This document shows positions 62,105 to 64,000 of a stretch of 64,000 nt of DNA, piece by piece (position 1 is the stretch's first letter; each line of letters opens with the position of its first letter). The stretch is from Leucoraja erinacea. Taxonomy: Eukaryota. The notes under the pieces were generated by a model. The model saw only the letters and a program-made list of their open reading frames with translations. It was not told the origin of the DNA and made no database searches. Location: the NCBI RefSeq assembly GCF_028641065.1, contig NC_073394.1, positions 14,012,001 to 14,076,000 of the forward strand, in the 5' to 3' direction. The position numbers were made by a program, and so were the translations under genes.

Positions 62105-62445
62105 TCAGTAGTAGTGGGAGAAATGGGATGGGGGAAGGGATGGAAAGAGAAAGCAAGGGCTACCTGAAGTTAGAGAAGTCAATGTTCATGCCGCTGGGGT
62201 GGAAGCTACCCAAGTGAAATATGAGGTACTGTTCCTCCAATTTGTGCCTGGCCTCACTCTGACAATGGAGGAGGTCCAGGACAGAAAGGTCAGATTGGGA
62301 ATGGGAGGGGGAGTTCAAGTGCTGGGCCACCGGGAGATCAGTTTGGTTAATGCAGACTGAGCGGAGGTGTTCAGCGAAACGATCGCCGAGCCTGTGCTTG
62401 ATCTCGCTGATGTAGCGAAGTTGACACCTGGAACAGCAGATGCAC
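62105..62445 (-). mobile_element. Penelope GIY-YIG C-terminal fragment
   Basis: Minus strand ISEIKHRLGDRFAEHLRSV...DLPVAQHLNSPSHSQSDLSVL...KLEEQYLIFHLGSFHPSGMNIDFSNF. Confidence 0.88.
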
Positions 62446-63795
62446 TTGGAAACACACTCTGAAAGCTACAGCTGTTAGTTGACTACCACTGAACTCCATA
62501 TGTTGTGCAATCTAGCATTGCACTCAAGAATCTCCTCAGATTCAGTGTCAATCCAAGGCCATGTTAATTTTAATGGAGTTTGTAGGACAAGGATTTAGAA
62601 GAAAAGGATGGTCAGCTGTCTTCTTCTTCAAAAAAAAATAGTTTAAAAGAGAAAAAAAACCCAAACGATTTTTAATTATGTCAGAGACATCTCTAAGGTC
62701 TAAAAATCATTGACAGCAGACTAAGGCCCATCCTTTGTTATCCTCCGTCCAAGGGCTATCGGAGCTATTTTAAGTGTAGGAAGGAACTGCAGATGCTGGT
62801 TCAAACCAAAGATAGATGCAAAAAGCTGGAGTAATTCAATGGAACAGGCAGCATCTCTGGAGAAAAGGAATAGGTGATGATTTGGGTCAAGACCCTTTTT
62901 CAGACTGTGAGGCGGGGAGAGGGAAATGATAGATAAAGGATTTGGAGAGTTAGTGAGATGGAATCTCTGCATTCTTCCAAGGCCATGGCAGTGATTCTGG
63001 TGATGGAGTAATTCAATGAACGTCAACCTGGTGTCTCTGCAGCAGTTGATGGAGAGGTGCTCAAGCAGCACTGTAACAATTTAAAGAAAAGTAATAGACA
63101 ACCAAGGATGAAAGTTAAGATGGGTATTGGTCGGGCGAAGGAGGATTCAATAATGCTTGGCAGCTGAGAGCAGAGTTATACATCAGATGGTTCAATCATG
63201 AGCTTCAAACAGAAGCAGCTTCTCCTCAAAATAATAGGTTGGAGAGGGAAAGTTGTGAAGGGAGATTTTTAATCTCAGCAATTCTGAACTTTTTATATGG
63301 CTTATTCATCATTTAAATGAAATGTTTACATAATTTGCATGCAATAGTGTTGTGTAATTCAGACTTTGGTGAGGTAAAACAGTAGTTTTAACTTGGAGAG
63401 TGAATGCCTTACAATATGAGTAGTCTTCCTGTCAGCCAGAATTGGACAATTAGTACTTCATAGCGTAGCCAGACTGTGTACTCATGTGGGTCATAAAGCA
63501 CTAGTTAACTGTTGTCCCCGGTGCCCTATCATTCCATCACCTAGTTCAAACAAGTGGAGGGAAATGTTAAAGAAAATGCACATGGGAAGCACCTCTGTGT
63601 CTTGCTACACTAAAACTAGTGTTTTGTTACATTTGAACTCCCTAGTGCTAACGTGTGCAAATTCTCAGCGGGCTATGCGAATGGCAGAAGCTGGACCAAG
63701 GTAAACGTGTTCCATCTAAATCTACTGTCAAGCTTATTACTATTTGTATTCTACTTCCACTCACATTGGAATCCTATTCAGTTTAAAGGGAATGA

Positions 63796-64000
63796 TTTTA
63801 GTTTAGAGGTCCACTGAGTCTCTGCCGATCATCAGTACTCTGGTTCTCTGTTATGCCAGTTTCGCGTCTCACACACAAGGGGCAATTTACAGAAGCCAAT
63901 TAACCCACAAACCTGCACATCATTGGAATGTGGGAGTAAACCAGAGCACCCAAAGCAAACCCATGCAGCCACACACAAACTCTGTACAGAGAGCACCTGT
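63796..64000 (-). mobile_element. V-SINE (HE1-like), cut by window edge
   Basis: Tail and V domain on minus strand. Confidence 0.8.

Overview
Vertebrate genomic DNA, very probably a cartilaginous fish (skate/ray), judged from HE1/V-SINE, CR1, DeuSINE and Penelope content. The window looks intronic or intergenic and is dominated by transposable elements; no host gene can be confidently identified, only weak minus-strand exon candidates. Long ORFs are retroelement-derived: a young 5'-truncated CR1 LINE (41481-45200, minus) with SGNH-esterase ORF1 and APE+RT ORF2, a second CR1 (20336-22576), Penelope (PLE) RT/GIY-YIG remnants, an L1 3' end and a PIF/Harbinger deletion derivative. The most interesting signal is roughly 30-35 short PLE-derived insertions (counted by eye) that carry, intact or degenerate, a minimal hammerhead-ribozyme-like core (CTGAAGA-A-GGGT-CTCG-ACCC-GAAAC-GTC). 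Many have 12-16 bp TSDs and some are palindromic dimers. Also present: Harbinger MITEs (one a ~540 bp hairpin), a TIR element with a 7-bp TSD, a Helitron-like element whose 5' end lies in a 769-bp tandem duplication, a bipartite RTE derivative, a solo LTR inside a DeuSINE, and one assembly gap. All repeat coordinates were read by eye and may be off by a few bases.
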